Part shown: positions 51,503-60,995 of the stretch, one piece after another
Layout of the letters: every line of letters begins with the position of its first letter
Position numbering within the stretch: the first letter of the stretch is position 1
From: Gammaproteobacteria bacterium
GTDB taxonomy: Bacteria > Pseudomonadota > Gammaproteobacteria > Steroidobacterales > Rariloculaceae
Direction: 5' to 3'
Assembly (NCBI GenBank): GCA_963664945.1
Contig: OY761822.1
Coordinates: 406,080 to 470,079, forward strand
DNA length: 64,000 nt
Notes under the pieces: generated by a model
The model's input: the letters and a program-made list of their open reading frames with translations, nothing else
Databases searched by the model: none
What the model was told of the DNA's origin: nothing
Program-made: the position numbers and the translations under genes

Positions 51503-51576
51503 CGCGGGACCGGACGCCGCGCTGCGGCGCCGGCATTGCGGGTGCTATAGTCCGGATTCACCGGCGCCTGTGCCAC

Positions 51577-51650
51577 TGGGGGATCGTCTAGTGGTAGGAC
51601 TGCGGACTCTGACTCCGCCAGCGGGGGTTCGAATCCCTCTCCCCCAGCCA
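51577..51650 (+). tRNA. tRNA-Gln (anticodon CTG)
   Basis: Hand-folded cloverleaf: acceptor TGGGGGA/TCCCCCA, anticodon stem GCGGA/TCCGC with loop CTCTGAC, T-loop TTCGAAT, encoded CCA. Confidence 0.9.
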
Positions 51651-51684
51651 CTTCAGCCAGTGCCCATACCGGAAACGCTTGGTT

Positions 51685-52341
51685 TTACCTGATCGACTTG
51701 ACGCCATCGTCGCTCGCGATCAGCAGTTCGTCGGCGGGGCGGTGGGCGAAGATGCCCGCGCTGACCACGCCGGGGATCTGGTTGAGATCGGTCTCAAGTT
51801 CCGGGGGGTCGATGATCTTCAGGTTGTGGACATCGAGGATCTCGTTGCCGTTGTCGGTGATGAAGCCCTCGCGCCAGATGGGCTGTCCTCCGTACTTGAA
51901 CATCTGCCGGGCGACGTACGAGCGCGCCATCGGTATGACCTCCACCGGCAGCGGGAACTTTCCGAGCACGCCGACCAGCTTGGAGTCGTCGGCGACGCAG
52001 ACGAAACGTCGGCTGGCCGCGGCGACGATCTTCTCCCTGGTCAGCGCGCCGCCGCCGCCCTTGATGAGGTGGCGATGCCGGGTCGCCTCGTCGGCGCCGT
52101 CGACGTAGAGGTCGACGTCGGCGGTCCGGGCCAGTTCGGTCACCCGTATCCCGTGTCCCCGCATCCGGGCCGTGGAGGCCTCGGAGCTTGAGACGACGGC
52201 CTTCAGATCCGGCGCGCGCGCTGCCAGCGCGTCGATGAAGAAATTGACCGTGCTGCCCGTGCCCACACCCAGTGTCATGCCGCCGCGAACCTGTTCCAGG
52301 GCGGCGAGGGAGGCGAGTTCCTTCTTTTCGTCCGATGTCAC
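51685..52341 (-). CDS. rpiA: ribose-5-phosphate isomerase A
   Basis: ..[16 protein letters not shown].. and ..DGADE.. GTG 52341 lies 7 nt after AAGGAG. Confidence 0.92.
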   Translation of the reverse strand: MTSDEKKELASLAALEQVRGGMTLGVGTGSTVNFFIDALAARAPDLKAVVSSSEASTARMRGHGIRVTELARTADVDLYVDGADEATRHRHLIKGGGGALTREKIVAAASRRFVCVADDSKLVGVLGKFPLPVEVIPMARSYVARQMFKYGGQPIWREGFITDNGNEILDVHNLKIIDPPELETDLNQIPGVVSAGIFAHRPADELLIASDDGVKSIR

Positions 52342-52499
52342 GATGGCTCCTTTTCCCGGGTGCTCAGGTGGCCGAACCGGGTGCGTTGCAGTTTGCCGGG
52401 CCACCCCATGTTCCCGGCGAGTCCTTGTGTGGAACATGTGCAAGTTAGTGGATTTATGTTCCTTCAGGGACTGCGGGGCGGCTTGCCGCCATGATCGCC

Positions 52500-52960
<461 letters not shown>

Positions 52961-52964
<4 letters not shown>

Positions 52965-53572
52965 GCCGTTGGTCCCTCAGTGTGAAAACGGTAGGCGCCC
53001 CGCTCCGTGACCGCGGCCCAGAGCGGGATGTCCCAGGCGCTGCGGGAAATTGCCCGCAGCCGCTGAAATTCAAAGGCGAGCCCGACAAGCCTCGGCCTGA
53101 GCCAGTGCGTGCGTTCCTTCAGGAAGCTGAAACAGCGGTCATAGTGGCCGCCGCCCATGCCGACCCGCGTGCCCGAGCCGTCGAACGCCACCAGGGGGGT
53201 GATCACCACGTCCAGATGCCGCGGGTCGATGCAGTCGGCGGTGGCCGGTTCAAGGATGCCGTAGCGGTTTCGCCGCAGCGGAGTATCCTCCGTGAGGCGG
53301 GCGAATCGTAACGTCTGCCCGTGCAGCACCGGCGCGTAGATTCGCTGCCCCCGCGCGAGCGCATCGGCCGCTGCCGCCGCCGGATCGGCTTCGCCGTCCG
53401 CCGCCATGTAGACCGCCACGGCGCCGGCGCGCCACATCGGCGCCAGCCGCCGCAGCCGGCGCCCTGCCCGCCGTTGCGCGGCCTGCCGCTGCTCCCCGGA
53501 CAGGGCCCCGCGCCGTTGCCGAATCCGGCGGCGCAGGGCGGCGCGGGAGTCTGCGCCCTCCGAGCCGCTCAC
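52961..53572 (-). CDS. ygfA: 5-formyltetrahydrofolate cyclo-ligase
   Basis: Family pattern ..LR..IR..R..L.......A.. and ..YDR... GTG 53572 is proposed because the 279-aa track ORF would run through the 6S RNA gene. Confidence 0.75.
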
Positions 53573-53690
53573 CGCGCGGCGCCCGGGCGCGGAGGCCGGA
53601 AGATCGCGGAAGCGGAAACGCTCCCGGCGGGCGCGGCGTTCCTGGCAGGCGACAAGCTCCCGGCGGGCGCGGCGTTCCCGGAAGGAAAAA

Positions 53691-53876
53691 CGCTCCCCGT
53701 TGGCGCCGTTGCGGACTGTTGCCCTCGAACCGGAGCACCAGGTGGGGTAAGCCGTGGTGGTTGCAGGCTTCCCGGCCGGGCCGGATCTGCACAACGCCAC
53801 CGACAGAACACAACCCCGAGGTCAGGATTTAGGGTCGAAAGTCTGTCCAATCCGCATCGCACGCTACAGGGAGCGC
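53691..53876 (-). ncRNA. ssrS: 6S RNA
   Basis: Lies between zapA and ygfA, as in E. coli. The 5' CGCUCCCUGUAGCG.. pairs with the 3' ..ACGGGGAGCG. Internal GGAAGCCU and GGUUCGAGGGCAACAGUCCGC blocks match E. coli GAGAAGCCU and GGUUCAAGGGUUACAGCCUGC. Ends are approximate, within about 5 nt. Confidence 0.8.
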
Positions 53877-53882
53877 CGTTAC

Positions 53883-54197
53883 CTATGAGTGTAACCGCTG
53901 GCCGGGCTTCAGCGCCTCATCGAGGCGTTCGCTCATGGCCCGGACCCGCGGAACGATGATGTCCTTCAACTGGCGCTCGTCCCCGGACCGTTTCAACAGT
54001 TCGTTGGCCAGGTTGAGCGCCGCCATGATCGCGATGCGGTCCAGCCCGATCACCTTGCCGCTGTCGCGGATCTCGCGCATTTTCTTGTTGAGCAACTCCA
54101 CCGACGCCAGCAAGTTGGTTTTTTCTTCCGCCGGACAGGAGACTTGGTACTCCTTCTCGAGAATCCGGATCGTGATGTGCGCGAACATCTCGCTCAT
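53883..54197 (-). CDS. zapA: cell division protein ZapA
   Basis: 104 aa. ..ILEKEYQVSCP..E...L......L.. is a ZapA pattern, and synteny with ssrS fits. Confidence 0.88.
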   Translation of the reverse strand: MSEMFAHITIRILEKEYQVSCPAEEKTNLLASVELLNKKMREIRDSGKVIGLDRIAIMAALNLANELLKRSGDERQLKDIIVPRVRAMSERLDEALKPGQRLHS

Positions 54198-54427
54198 GGC
54201 GAGGTCTCCATGGCCTTGAGGCGGGTGATCATGGCCTCGACCCGCGACCGCACCTGGTCATTCAACTGGATCAACCTGGCCCGCTCCGCCATCAGGCCGT
54301 CCTGCCGCTGCTTCAGCGAAACATTCTCATCCTGAAGTTGCCGGCAGATGGCCAGCAACTCGTCGAGCCGTTTTTCCAGCCGCGCAAGTTCCAGCTCGAA
54401 GTGATGGTTGCCAGCCCCGGAGTTCAT
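54194..54427 (-). CDS. small coiled-coil protein (TIGR02449 / ZapB-like)
   Basis: 77-aa heptad-rich ORF (MNSGAGNHHFELELARLEKRLDELL...) overlapping the zapA start. The rest of the 758-aa track ORF is antisense to pepP/ubiH. Confidence 0.7.
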   Translation of the reverse strand: MNSGAGNHHFELELARLEKRLDELLAICRQLQDENVSLKQRQDGLMAERARLIQLNDQVRSRVEAMITRLKAMETSP

Positions 54428-54517
54428 CGAATCACTATAGAACCGGGTAGCCACAAGGGTCAACAAAGCGCCGCGCAGTGGTAGCATTGTCCGCCCCGCA
54501 CGTTGGAGAGGGATCCC

Positions 54518-55840
54518 GTGACTGCGCAAACCGCGGCATCCAAGGAATACGCCAGGCGCCGCCGTCACCTGATGGAACTCATGGGAACCGGCGGGATCGC
54601 CGTGCTGCCGGCGGCCCCCGAGCGACAACGCAGCCGCGACACGCGTTACGTGTACCGCCAGGACAGCGATTTCCATTACCTGACGGGATTCGACGAGCCC
54701 GAAGCGGTGGCGATACTCGCGCCCGGGCGGCCCGAGGGCGAATATATCCTGTTCTGCCGGGACCGCGACCCGCGGCGGGAGCTGTGGGACGGTCGGCGCG
54801 CGGGGCCCGAGGGCGCGGTGGCCGACCATGCGGCGGACGACGCCTTCCCGATCGACGACATCGACGAGATCCTGCCCGGCCTGCTGGAGCGCAGCGAGCG
54901 GGTCTACTACGCCATGGGCGCATCCGACGCCTTCGACGGGCGCCTGATGGAGTGGATGCATCGGCTGCAGGCCAACCGGCAGCGGGGCGGCGCACCCGAC
55001 GAACTGGTGTCGCTGGACCACCTCCTGCACGAGATGCGCCTGTTCAAGAGCCGCGCGGAAGTCGGGATCATGCGGCGTTCGGCCCGGCTCGCCGTGGCCG
55101 CGCACCGGCGGGCGATGACGGTCTGCAAACCCGGAATGCGCGAATACGAACTTGAAGCGGAGTTCCTCCACGAATTCGCGCGCCACGGCGCCCGGTGCTC
55201 CTATACCCCCATCGTCGCCTCCGGAGCCAACGCCTGCATCCTGCATTACACCGAGAACCGGGCCCGGCTCGAGGCAGGGGACCTGGTGCTCATCGACGCG
55301 GGATGCGAGTACCGCATGTACGCATCCGACGTGACCCGCACCTTTCCCGTCAGCGGCCGCTACAGCGAACCCCAGCGGGAACTCTACGACATCGTCCACG
55401 CGGCCCATGCCGCCGCGGTGGACAAGGTGCGGCGCGGCAATCACTGGAACGACCCCCACGACGCCGCCGTGCGCGAAATCACCCGCGGCCTGAAGGAACT
55501 GGGCATTCTCGGGGGCCGGCTCGAGGACCTGGTGGGCAAGGAGGCCTACCGACCGTACTTCATGCACCGGACGGGGCACTGGCTGGGCATCGACGTGCAC
55601 GACGTGGGCGACTACAAGGTCGCGCGGCAATGGCGGCTGCTGGAACCGGGGATGGTCATGACGGTGGAACCCGGCATCTACGTCGCGCCCGATGCCGGCA
55701 AGGCGGCCGCCCGCTGGCGGGGCATCGGAATTCGGCTCGAGGACGATGTGCACCTGAGCCGGGACGGACCCAGGATCCTCAGCAGGGACCTGCCATCGAG
55801 CGCCGAGGAGATCGAGGCGTTCATGGACCGGGTCCACTGA
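54518..55840 (+). CDS. pepP: Xaa-Pro aminopeptidase
   Basis: ..YRQDSDFHYLTGF.. plus the M24 metal ligands (DAG, HGTGHWLGIDVHD-like, EPG). GTG 54518 lies 6 nt after GGAGAGG. Confidence 0.92.
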   Translation: MTAQTAASKEYARRRRHLMELMGTGGIAVLPAAPERQRSRDTRYVYRQDSDFHYLTGFDEPEAVAILAPGRPEGEYILFCRDRDPRRELWDGRRAGPEGAVADHAADDAFPIDDIDEILPGLLERSERVYYAMGASDAFDGRLMEWMHRLQANRQRGGAPDELVSLDHLLHEMRLFKSRAEVGIMRRSARLAVAAHRRAMTVCKPGMREYELEAEFLHEFARHGARCSYTPIVASGANACILHYTENRARLEAGDLVLIDAGCEYRMYASDVTRTFPVSGRYSEPQRELYDIVHAAHAAAVDKVRRGNHWNDPHDAAVREITRGLKELGILGGRLEDLVGKEAYRPYFMHRTGHWLGIDVHDVGDYKVARQWRLLEPGMVMTVEPGIYVAPDAGKAAARWRGIGIRLEDDVHLSRDGPRILSRDLPSSAEEIEAFMDRVH

Positions 55841-55870
55841 GTTCCGCGGGCCGGACGGGGAACGCGATTC

Positions 55871-57103
55871 ATGCCAACCGAGTGCGACGTGCTCATCGTC
55901 GGCGGCGGGCTGGTGGGCTCGACGCTGGCCCACGCCCTGGCGCAGATTTCCGTCTCCACGGTGTTGGTCGAGGAGCGCGACCCCGGGCGGCTGGAGGAGC
56001 CGGGATTCGATGACCGCTCCACGGCGCTGGCCAGCGGCAGCCGGCGGATTCTCGAGGGTCTCGGGCTGTGGGACGAAGTCGCCGCGGAGGCCGAGCCCAT
56101 CCGGACCATTCACGTTTCCGAACGCGGCCGTTTCGGCGCAGCGCGCCTGGACGCCGTCCGGGAAGGCGTCCCCGCGCTGGGCTACACGGTGGAGAACCGC
56201 GTACTGACCGCGGCCGTCTGGCCGAAGATCCTCGCGGCCGGGGCGGTGACCTGCCTGGCGCCGGGCCGGCTGGAGGACTTCAGGACCGGGGCGTCGGGCG
56301 TGACGGCCAGCGTGAGCACGGGCGGAGCCTCCCGGACGATCCGGGCGCGCCTGCTGGTGGCGGCCGACGGCGCTCGCTCGCGGGTGCGCCGCGCTTTGGG
56401 CATTGGCGCGCGCACGGACGACTATGGCCAGAAGGGCATCATCCTCAACTGCGAAACCGGGATCCCGCACGACGGCCGCGCGTTCGAGCGCTTCACGACC
56501 AATGGCCCCCTGGCCATGCTGCCGCTGTCACGGGGCCGCATGGCCGTGGTCTGGACGTTGCCGCGCGACGAGGGGGATCGCATCGGCGCCCTCGGCGACG
56601 AGCCGTTCCGTGACGCGCTGCAGCGGGCGTTCGGCTACCGGCTCGGCCGGATCCGCCAGGTGGGCGCGCGCAGCGCCTGGCCGCTGCACCGCGTCCGGGC
56701 CGACTCGCTGACGGCAACGCGCGCGGTGTTGGTGGGCAATGCCGCGTTCAGCCCGCACCCGGTGGCGGGCCAGGGGTTCAACCTGGCGCTGCGGGACATC
56801 GCGGCGCTCGCCGAGTCGATCTGCGACGCCCGGCGCGGCGACGCCGGCGCCGACCCCGGGGAGGCGGCGCTGCTGGAGCGCTACGGGAGCTGGCGGGCGC
56901 ACGACCAGCGGCGGGTCGCCGGATTCACCCACGGGCTGATGAAGCTGTTCACCATCGAGGCCGCGCCCGTGGCGGTCTCCCGCGGCCTTGGCCTGATGGC
57001 TTTCGACCTGCTTCCGGGCACCAAGCGCTGGCTGGCCCGCCACGCCATGGGGCTTGGCGGGCGGGTGTCGCGCCTGGCCCGCGGTTTGCGGCTGACGCCG
57101 TGA
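55871..57103 (+). CDS. ubiH: 2-octaprenyl-6-methoxyphenol hydroxylase
   Basis: FAD fold ..DVLIVGGGLVG.. and the UbiH/COQ6 pattern. pepP-ubiH-ubiI synteny. Confidence 0.88.
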   Translation: MPTECDVLIVGGGLVGSTLAHALAQISVSTVLVEERDPGRLEEPGFDDRSTALASGSRRILEGLGLWDEVAAEAEPIRTIHVSERGRFGAARLDAVREGVPALGYTVENRVLTAAVWPKILAAGAVTCLAPGRLEDFRTGASGVTASVSTGGASRTIRARLLVAADGARSRVRRALGIGARTDDYGQKGIILNCETGIPHDGRAFERFTTNGPLAMLPLSRGRMAVVWTLPRDEGDRIGALGDEPFRDALQRAFGYRLGRIRQVGARSAWPLHRVRADSLTATRAVLVGNAAFSPHPVAGQGFNLALRDIAALAESICDARRGDAGADPGEAALLERYGSWRAHDQRRVAGFTHGLMKLFTIEAAPVAVSRGLGLMAFDLLPGTKRWLARHAMGLGGRVSRLARGLRLTP

Positions 57104-58338
57104 GCGTTTCGGGCCGAACCCCGCCTACCGTGGTCATCGCCGGCGGCGGGCCGGTGGGCCTGGCGCTGGCGGCCATGCTCGACCGCGGTCCGCATGACCT
57201 TGACGTCCGCTTGTATGAACCTCGACCGGCACCGCGGTGGAGCCCGGACGAGATGGATCTCAGGGTCTACGCGCTGTCGAGGGCATCGCAGAACATCCTC
57301 GGAAATCTGGGCGCCTGGGAGGCGATTGCGGAGGCGCGCGCCAGCCCGTACCGCCTCATGCGGGTCTGGCACGGCGATTCCCATGCCGGCGGGGCCGGCA
57401 CGCTCACCTTCGACAGCGCCGACGCCGGCGAGCCCGATCTCGGGCACATCGTGGAGGATGTGCTGTGCCGCGACCGGATATGGCAGGCCTTGCGGGGTAC
57501 GCCGGTCAAGGTGTCGTTCGGCGCCAGGATTTCCTCGGTTGAACCCGGCGACCGTGCCGTGCGGGTTGCCACCGAGGCGGGCGAGACGATTGCCGCCACG
57601 GTCTTGATCGCCGCCGACGGCGGCGCGTCGCCGATTCGCGAGCGGCTGAAGTACCCTGTCACCGAGTTTTCCTACGGCCAGCGCGCCGTGGTCACCCATG
57701 TGGCGACCGAGCGCGGCCACGGGGAAACCGCGTGGCAGCGGTTCCTGCCCGACGGTCCGGTGGCGTTTCTGCCGCTCCTGGATGGCCGCAGTTCGGTGGT
57801 CTGGTCCACCGGGACAGGGCATGCCGAGTCATTGTGCCAGGCAAGCGAGGAGGATTTCCTGGGCGAGCTGGAAACGGCCGGAGGCGGTGCGCTGGGGCGC
57901 ATTCTGTCCGCATCCCGGCGAGCGAGCTTTCCGCTGCGGGCCATCCATGCGGACCGGTACTGCCGCGCGCGGGTGGCGCTGGTGGGGGATGCCGCCCACA
58001 CGGTGCATCCGCTGGCGGGGCAGGGGATGAACCTGGGGCTGCTGGATGCGGCGGTGCTGGCGGAGGAAATCCTCGCGGCGCTGGGGCGCGACGAAGACCC
58101 GGGCGACCTGCGGGTCCTGCGCCGGTACGAGCGCCGCCGCAAGGGGGAGAACCTGAAGATGCTGCTGGCGCTGGACGGGCTGCACAGGCTGTTCCGGCTG
58201 TCGGCGCCGGTCATGCCCCGGTTGCGGTCGCTGGGATTGAGCGCGGTCGATTTCGTGCCGTTGCTGAAGGGGCTGTTCATGAACGAGGCGCTGGGGTTGC
58301 GGGGGGATTTGCCGGAGGCGGCACGGTCTTCGGGGTAG
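57100..58338 (+). CDS. ubiI: UbiH/UbiF/VisC-family flavin monooxygenase (UbiI-like)
   Basis: ..VVIAGGGPVG.. and ..GDAAHTVHPLAGQGMNLG.. GTG overlaps the ubiH stop. Confidence 0.85.
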   Translation: MSVSGRTPPTVVIAGGGPVGLALAAMLDRGPHDLDVRLYEPRPAPRWSPDEMDLRVYALSRASQNILGNLGAWEAIAEARASPYRLMRVWHGDSHAGGAGTLTFDSADAGEPDLGHIVEDVLCRDRIWQALRGTPVKVSFGARISSVEPGDRAVRVATEAGETIAATVLIAADGGASPIRERLKYPVTEFSYGQRAVVTHVATERGHGETAWQRFLPDGPVAFLPLLDGRSSVVWSTGTGHAESLCQASEEDFLGELETAGGGALGRILSASRRASFPLRAIHADRYCRARVALVGDAAHTVHPLAGQGMNLGLLDAAVLAEEILAALGRDEDPGDLRVLRRYERRRKGENLKMLLALDGLHRLFRLSAPVMPRLRSLGLSAVDFVPLLKGLFMNEALGLRGDLPEAARSSG

Positions 58339-58407
58339 GTGGTTTGGTGGGGGGTTGGCGGGCAGAAGCGAAATTATCGAGTTCCGACAATATGATAATA
58401 TAGTAAC

Positions 58408-58698
58408 GTGATAGAGTCGTTCGGAAACGATCTGGCAAGCGATCTGTTTGACGACAGGCGAACGAGAGCAACCGGGTCGTTTCCGCCCGAACTTCGGCGT
58501 GCCGCGCGGCGGAAGCTGCTTTACCTGCATGACGCGGCTGTATTGAGCGATCTGCGAGTGCCTCCGGGCAACCGCCTGGAGCGGTTGAAGGGGGACTGGA
58601 AGGGCCACCATTCGATTCGCGTTAACGATCAGTGGAGATTGGTCTTTCGTTGGATGAGCGGTAACGCCCTTGATGTCCGCATCATCGACTACCATTGA
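58408..58698 (+). CDS. higB: HigB-type toxin (RelE/ParE superfamily, 'plasmid maintenance system killer')
   Basis: (M)IESFGND...........L..L........DL..PPGNRLE.L.GD..G.HSIR.N.QWR..F.W. Confidence 0.85.
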   Translation: MIESFGNDLASDLFDDRRTRATGSFPPELRRAARRKLLYLHDAAVLSDLRVPPGNRLERLKGDWKGHHSIRVNDQWRLVFRWMSGNALDVRIIDYH

Positions 58699-58710
58699 AG
58701 GAGCATGACG

Positions 58711-58980
58711 ATGGCCAGACAACCAGGGAATCCATTCCATCCCGGCGAGATTCTTCGGGAGGAGTTTCTTGAGCCCGGGGGAATCACCCAGGCAGCATTG
58801 GCAACCAGGCTCGGGTGGACGACTACCCGGCTGAATGAACTGATTAACGGCAAGCGGGGCATTACCGCGGCAGCGGCGCTCGATCTTGCCGAAGTATTGG
58901 GGACCTCCCCGAAGTTGTGGATGAATCTCCAGGCGACGTTCGATCTGGATAAAGCCATCGAGGCGCGCCGCGTTGCATGA
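58711..58980 (+). CDS. higA: HigA-type HTH antitoxin
   Basis: ..HPGEILREEFLEP.G.TQ..LA..LG.....LNE.INGKR.IT...AL.L...LG.S...W.NLQ. ATG 58711 is better spaced from GAAGGAG than ATG 58705. Confidence 0.85.
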   Translation: MARQPGNPFHPGEILREEFLEPGGITQAALATRLGWTTTRLNELINGKRGITAAAALDLAEVLGTSPKLWMNLQATFDLDKAIEARRVA

Positions 58981-59022
58981 TCCGGCCCGCCCGGCGGCCG
59001 GGCTCAGGAATCTCCTGCCGGC

Positions 59023-59070
59023 GCGACCGGCAACGCGACCGGCAACGCGACCGGCAACGCGACCGGCAAG
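59023..59070. repeat. 12-bp tandem repeat (GCGACCGGCAAC x4)
   Basis: Three perfect units and a fourth with one mismatch, directly downstream of higA. Confidence 0.9.
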
Positions 59071-59114
59071 GCAGGTATCCGGGGTAGAAATAAGTTAAAA
59101 TGACCGCATCAATC

Positions 59115-59316
59115 GGACGAATCGGTCGGAGAGACTTCGCTCGACAGCGCCCCTGAAGGGTGCCGTGGGCGAAGCGCCGAAGGCGCAACCTCCGCTTGGA
59201 AACGCTCAGGCAAACGGACGGCGGATTCTGATTGGCTCTGGAGAGCGGCCCCGCGGGGCCCACCGAAGGTGAGCGGCGCAACGCGCCTAATCTCTCAGGT
59301 AACCGGACAGAGAAGC
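59115..59316 (+). promoter_or_regulatory. tandem glycine riboswitch
   Basis: Two aptamers, each with GGAGAG ... (C)ACCGAAGG..GCAA ... CTCAGG(C/T)AA..GGAC(G/A)G signatures, upstream of gcvT. Confidence 0.85.
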
Positions 59317-59372
59317 GGCGGATCGAGCAGGCACGTGGGTCCATGTGCGGCGCGCGATTCCGCCGCTTTTTT
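59314..59372 (+). terminator. riboswitch expression platform: intrinsic terminator
   Basis: AGCGGCGGATC (59314..) pairs with GATTCCGCCGCT (59356..59367), followed by a T6 run. The left arm overlaps the 3' side of aptamer 2. Confidence 0.6.
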
Positions 59373-59444
59373 GTGTCCGGAAAGCGGCCGGACGGGAATG
59401 AACAGGGGGGGGGGCGGGCCGCCTCCCCGGAAGGCCGGAAAACG

Positions 59445-60587
59445 ATGAGCGACCTGAAACGCACGCCACTGCACGCGGCGCACCTGAGCGCCGGAGCCCG
59501 CATGGCTCCGTTTGCAGGCTGGCACATGCCGGTGGCCTATGGCAGCCAGATCGGCGAGCATCACGCCGTGCGCCGCGCCGCGGGCATGTTCGACGTATCC
59601 CACATGACCATCGTGGATGCAGCCGGCCCGGGCGCGAAGGCGTATCTGCAACGGCTGCTGGCCAACGATGTGGCCAAACTGTCCCGCCGGCGCGGCAGAG
59701 CCGACTGCACGGCGCTCTATAGCTGCATGCTGGACAAGAGCGGCGGGATCCTGGACGACCTGATCGTCTACCGGTTCGCCGATGACAGCTACCGGCTGAT
59801 CGTCAACGCCGGTGCCCGCGACAAGGACCTGGCCTGGCTTGGCGATCAGGCGGCCGGTTTCGATGTGGAACTGGCAGAACGTAACGACCTGGCGATGATC
59901 GCGGTGCAAGGTCCGGAGGCCCGCCGGGCCGTGGCGCCCCTGGTTCCCGGTTTGGCGGAAACCGGCGCGGCCAATACCGGAGAGGCCGACATCTCCGCGC
60001 TGCCCCCATTCACGGCCGCACGCGCCGGCGCGTGGATGGTGGCCAGGACCGGCTACACCGGCGAGGACGGCCTGGAAGTCATGTTGCCGGCGCAGCGGGC
60101 GGAAGCGTTCTGGGACGCGCTCAAGGCCGCCGGCGTCGCGCCCTGTGGCCTGGGCGCGCGGGACACCCTGCGCCTGGAGGCCGGGATGAACCTGTACGGC
60201 CAGGATATGGACGAGTCCGTCACCCCGCTCGAATGCGGGCTCAAATGGACCGTGGACCTCGGCGGCGACCGCGCGTTCATCGGCCGCGGGGCCCTGGAGG
60301 AGCGGCTCGGCGCGGGTAACTCCCTCGTGCAGGCGGGCCTGATTCTCGAAGGACGCGGCGTGCTCCGGTCCGGCTACCCGGTGGTGTCGGCGGCCGGTGA
60401 AGGCGTGGTCACCAGCGGCACGTTTTCTCCCACGCTGGGCCGGGCCATTGCGCTGGCCCGGGTGCCTCCGGGCACGGCCGGTCCCTGCCATGTCTTCATT
60501 CGCGGGCGCAAGCTGCCCGCACGCATTGTCAATCCACCGTTCGTGCGCAACGGCAGGATTCTGGTCAACCCTGAACCGACTGACTGA
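59445..60587 (+). CDS. gcvT: glycine cleavage system aminomethyltransferase T
   Basis: MSDLKRTPLH..H...GA.M..FAGW.MPV.Y. ATG 59445. Upstream track-ORF codons cover the riboswitch. Confidence 0.94.
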   Translation: MSDLKRTPLHAAHLSAGARMAPFAGWHMPVAYGSQIGEHHAVRRAAGMFDVSHMTIVDAAGPGAKAYLQRLLANDVAKLSRRRGRADCTALYSCMLDKSGGILDDLIVYRFADDSYRLIVNAGARDKDLAWLGDQAAGFDVELAERNDLAMIAVQGPEARRAVAPLVPGLAETGAANTGEADISALPPFTAARAGAWMVARTGYTGEDGLEVMLPAQRAEAFWDALKAAGVAPCGLGARDTLRLEAGMNLYGQDMDESVTPLECGLKWTVDLGGDRAFIGRGALEERLGAGNSLVQAGLILEGRGVLRSGYPVVSAAGEGVVTSGTFSPTLGRAIALARVPPGTAGPCHVFIRGRKLPARIVNPPFVRNGRILVNPEPTD

Positions 60588-60599
60588 GGAAACATATCC

Positions 60600-60995
60600 A
60601 TGAGCGAGATTCCGGAACACTTGAAGTACACGAAGGACCACGAGTGGGTCGCGGAGGCGGACGACGGCGCCGCGGTCGTGGGCATCACCGATCATGCGCA
60701 GGAGGCGCTCGGGGATCTTGTCTTCGTGGAATTGCCCGAAGTCCACAGGGATGTCGAATCGGGCGACGTCTGCGCGGTGGTGGAGTCGGTCAAGGCCGCC
60801 TCCGAAGTCTATTCTCCGGTGGCCGGCAATATCGCCGAAGTCAACACGGCCCTTGACGAGTCGCCGGAGCTCGTCAATTCGGATCCCTACGGGGAGGGCT
60901 GGCTGTTCCGGCTGAATCCTTCGTCACCGGCGGAGCCGGAAGATTTGCTCGATGCCGATGCCTACGGGCGGGCCGTGGCGGAAATGGACGACTAG
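60600..60995 (+). CDS. gcvH: glycine cleavage system protein H
   Basis: ..Y...HEW.......VGIT..AQ..LGD.VFVELP.....ESVKAAS.. with the lipoyl-Lys motif. Confidence 0.96.
   Translation: MSEIPEHLKYTKDHEWVAEADDGAAVVGITDHAQEALGDLVFVELPEVHRDVESGDVCAVVESVKAASEVYSPVAGNIAEVNTALDESPELVNSDPYGEGWLFRLNPSSPAEPEDLLDADAYGRAVAEMDD

Noticed and set aside
52965-53800. Full 279-aa reading of the ygfA ORF, including the RERRARRE.. repeats
   Set aside because: The upstream ~75 codons cover the 6S RNA gene and a 23-bp direct repeat. Their Arg-rich translation is a by-product of these features. A 203-aa product from GTG 53572 matches the usual family size.
54428-56470. Upstream 680 codons of the 758-aa minus ORF
   Set aside because: They are antisense to pepP and ubiH. 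Only the last 77 codons (a coiled-coil protein overlapping zapA) look genuine.
59023-59070. CRISPR array
   Set aside because: The units are only 12 bp, directly abutting with no spacers, and there are no cas genes in the window.
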